From NCBI RefSeq assembly GCF_001194135.2, contig NC_068999.1, positions 37,149,352 through 37,187,000 on the forward strand: a stretch of 37,649 nucleotides of DNA. Reading direction: 5' to 3'. The notes below the pieces were generated by a model. That model saw nothing but the letters and a program-made list of their open reading frames with translations, did no database searches and was not told the origin of the DNA. Positions 34,896 through 37,649 of this stretch are shown piece after piece (the first letter of the stretch is position 1; each line of letters starts with the position of its first letter). The translations under genes and the position numbers were made by a program. Origin of the DNA: Octopus bimaculoides (lineage: Eukaryota).

Positions 34896-35157
34896 GACCC
34901 CTCATATGAACTCATGGTGCATAAAAGCACTCATATTTACACTGAGAATCCTCTGCTATGGCTGCCAGATCCTGTGATTTCACCCTGCCAGGGCTCTTCA
35001 GTGATAGGTGCCTGGTAGTGATAGCAGTTGAGATTCATTTGTCTCTGTGGTGCCCAGACACAGTGAAATCATGTGATCTGACTGTAGCAGATGGTTCTCA
35101 TCTGTCAATAATATAAATATGAGTAATTTAACACACCATCAGTTCATATGAAGGTTC
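34896..35157. repeat. Long imperfect inverted repeat (foldback/MITE-like, arms ~110-120 bp)
   Basis: 34896-35005 aligns to the reverse complement of 35040-35157 (tcatatgaact, actcatattta, tgagaa, tctgcta, cagatc, tgatttcac). Confidence 0.75.
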
Positions 35158-35553
35158 TTTTCAAGGTTAGTAATGCAGTATTCTGTTCTAACACTACGTC
35201 CATATTAAGTTGGATATAAAGTTTGCCTTATTAAAGTTTATTACATTTGGCTTCATAAGTAGCTAATGTATGATTGTGGAATCTTAGTACAAAGTGTAAT
35301 TATTAGTTAGATTTTATTGTATTACATTTTTCCATGATAGCATGACCAGGATGGGTTTTGTAATTAAAGCAAAATAAATCAATTAGAATCTATTGTCAGT
35401 TACTGAAGCAAGCAAAGCTATCAACCTTTCCCAGAGATTCAACTGAATCATAAAGCTTGAAGTTATTTGTAATAAACAGTTTCTAGTGCAGAGTCTAAAT
35501 TTATGTTTTCTCAATGAAATATATTTCTCCTTATGTTTTTTAAATATTTTTAG

Positions 35554-35799
35554 GGTGAATATAGAGCTGCTATGTATTCATATTGGATTCAAAAGATGCA
35601 TGAATTGAATGTACCTCAAACAGATGATCCAAGTCTTATTTCTACTTTAAGTGATCCAGTTTTGATTCGTAAATGGCAAATCAATGGCTTACCTAAAGAC
35701 AATTTGTCAGTTGAAAATGGAGTTATTGTACATTATGCTCGACGTTGGCCACTTTTTATTGACCCACAGGGACAGGCTAATAAATGGATAAAAGCAATG
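35554..35799 (+). CDS. DNAH1: Dynein heavy chain exon 15 (AAA5 start)
   Basis: ttttag|GGTGAA ... GCAATG|gtaaga; WQINGLPKDNLSVENG...RWPLFIDPQGQANKWIKAM; phase 0-0, 246 nt. Confidence 0.95.
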
Positions 35800-36367
35800 G
35801 TAAGATGCAGCAATTTATTTAATTTGTGTAAAAATGCTATTTATCTGTGTAAACTTTTGATTTTGGAATCAGTATATTTCAATGATTGTGTCTAGAAAAA
35901 CAGAAACATGTGTTTTATTTTCATTTATTGACTTTAAAAAACTAGATTTACTCTACATTTTGGTATCCAACTTATCTTTTTGGAATTTTGTTTATTTGTT
36001 TATTGTTGTTAGGATGTCTTTGTCTATTATTTTGATAATAGCTGATCAAAGATTTTTTTAACTCACTATATTAAATATGTCAGGCCCTACTATATTTGTT
36101 TTGAGTATGCCTGCCCATGTCTTCATGTCTTCATCAAATGGTGGAGTGGTTACAGTGACCTATATTTGATACTGGTGTGAATGAATGTAAGCAAGAGTTA
36201 ATTATTTATATCTGAACAAACACTTCCTAGTTACTCATTTTAAAAACAATTTGAAGAGATGTGTACTTTATATGTTGATGAATTATCTGATCTGAATACA
36301 TATTTTCACATGTGTAGGTATTAAAAAAATGTGCATTTGATTTTTCGGCATGTAAAAAACACCATTT

Positions 36368-36590
36368 GAGCATGGCCTTTGCCAGTACTGCCTGACTGGC
36401 CCTTGTGCCATTGGCACGTAAAAGCACCCTCTACACTCTCGGAGTGGTTGGTATTAGGAAGGGCATCCAGCTGTAGAAACTTTGCTTGATCAGATTGGAG
36501 CCTGGTGTAGCCATCTGGCTTGCCAGTCCTCAGTCAAATCGTCCAACCCATGCTAGCGTGGAAAGCGGACGTTAAACGATGATGATGATG
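36368..36590 (+). mobile_element. RTE 3'UTR-type repeat (family D)
   Basis: cctgactggcc...ggcacgtaaaagcacc...ggaaagcggacgttaaacgatgatgatgatg. Confidence 0.88.
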
Positions 36591-36665
36591 TCTCACATAA
36601 CTCAGAAAAGCTCAAGTTTCACAACTAAATCCCCAAACTATATTATTGAATAAATTAGAATTTGT

Positions 36666-36666
<1 letters not shown>

Positions 36667-36695
<29 letters not shown>
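36667..36695. repeat. (CAT)n microsatellite
   Basis: Direct reading. Confidence 0.9.
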
Positions 36696-36696
<1 letters not shown>

Positions 36697-37377
36697 CATT
36701 TGTATATGCATAGATTAATGCTGGGCGACATTATTTATATAGCACATCCATTTTTATAGTCTTTAACCCTTTGAAGAAGGCAGCTGAACTATCAGCCACA
36801 GCATTATAATACCTAAAATTCAAATGCTTGATTTGTCAGCAGCTGCCCTAGTTAATAAACAAATCAGGTTTCTTGTTCAATCGGAAGCCGCCTCTCATAT
36901 CATCCCTGGTTTTTATGATCACAGGAAGTACATCTATGTGTTTGCATAATTTCTTTTATTTACATTTACTTCCAAGTTATCAAAAATGACCCAGGAAAAG
37001 CTATTAGCTGATGAGATAATTGCCTGAATATTAGATTCTTATTAGGAGTGTAAACAGGGATAATAATTACAGTAATCTTAAAGATTCCTGAACGACGGGG
37101 GAGGAGGAGGAAGAGGTATCCATAGTGATGCAGACAAAATGATAGAGTTAGATGATGATGTTCAAGATGTGCGATAAATGAACCAGCTCCCGCTAGGTGA
37201 TGTGGTGGTTAGGGTAGAGCTGGGAATTGTAGAGAGTATGATGCTACCCAGTGGAATAGAAACAGACATTCCACCCCGTTATCAGAATGGACAAGGGTCA
37301 CTAATGCTTTTGTTGAATAACACTTGTCTCCCAATCAACCACCGAGACCAAGAAATATTCCAAACAAGATAAATACA

Positions 37378-37443
<66 letters not shown>
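37378..37443. repeat. Compound (TG)n(TA)n(TG)n microsatellite
   Basis: Direct reading. Confidence 0.9.
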
Positions 37444-37444
<1 letters not shown>

Positions 37445-37649
37445 TTATATTATTAATAAATTCATAAACTTATCAATAATATTCTCAGGAAATCAATATT
37501 TAATATTTCGAAAGATATATATCCAATATGACATGGTAATATAATAAATTTATAATTTAGAATATACGAAATATAAATATAAATATGTATAAAAATATGA
37601 ATGTAGATAAAGATACATGTGAATATAAATGCGTATAAAAATTTATGCG

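Larger units (their letters stand above)
747..35799 (+). other. DNAH1: Axonemal dynein heavy chain gene, internal part (15 exons), DNAH1-like; continues beyond both window ends
   Basis: Exons spliced by hand give one open frame of ~907 codons with consistent phases and GT-AG boundaries. The translation follows remembered human DNAH1 (LLRLWYHENCRVFQDRLVNNEDR; EVRAMQRPP; PGSKVDDYWEPGKALLQDPG; CEQCQARL). Paralog assignment is from memory, not a database search. Confidence 0.9.

Noticed and set aside
37005-37040. CTGATGAG...GAAT on the plus strand
   Set aside because: Lacks GAAA and stem I; at most a very decayed remnant
37085-37372. Higher-GC segment with ILITGWNV on the minus strand, possibly a LINE endonuclease start
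   Set aside because: A single short motif among stops; too weak to call

Overview
AT-rich, microsatellite-rich animal genomic DNA with four assembly gaps (2970-3317, 4536-4545, 13252-14225, 28486-28830). The repeat families suggest a cephalopod, probably Octopus; this is inference from remembered repeat consensi. The window lies inside one + strand axonemal dynein heavy chain gene whose translation closely follows DNAH1. Fifteen GT-AG exons total 2720 nt (~907 codons), join in frame with no stop, and run from the end of AAA3 through AAA4, the stalk/MTBD and into AAA5. The introns hold tRNA-derived SINEs (three families, several with perfect TSDs), many RTE-clade LINE fragments and 3'UTR copies, two RLE-type non-LTR fragments, a Penelope-like element, a MITE, a foldback element and a probable Helitron-like element. 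The two most notable non-dynein signals are a structurally near-intact minimal hammerhead ribozyme on the minus strand of intron 12 (30797-30871) and a CpG-rich cluster of NRF1/ETS/YY1/E2F-like promoter motifs in intron 5 (14485-14600), suggesting a hidden internal or nested promoter. Exon numbers are local to this window.
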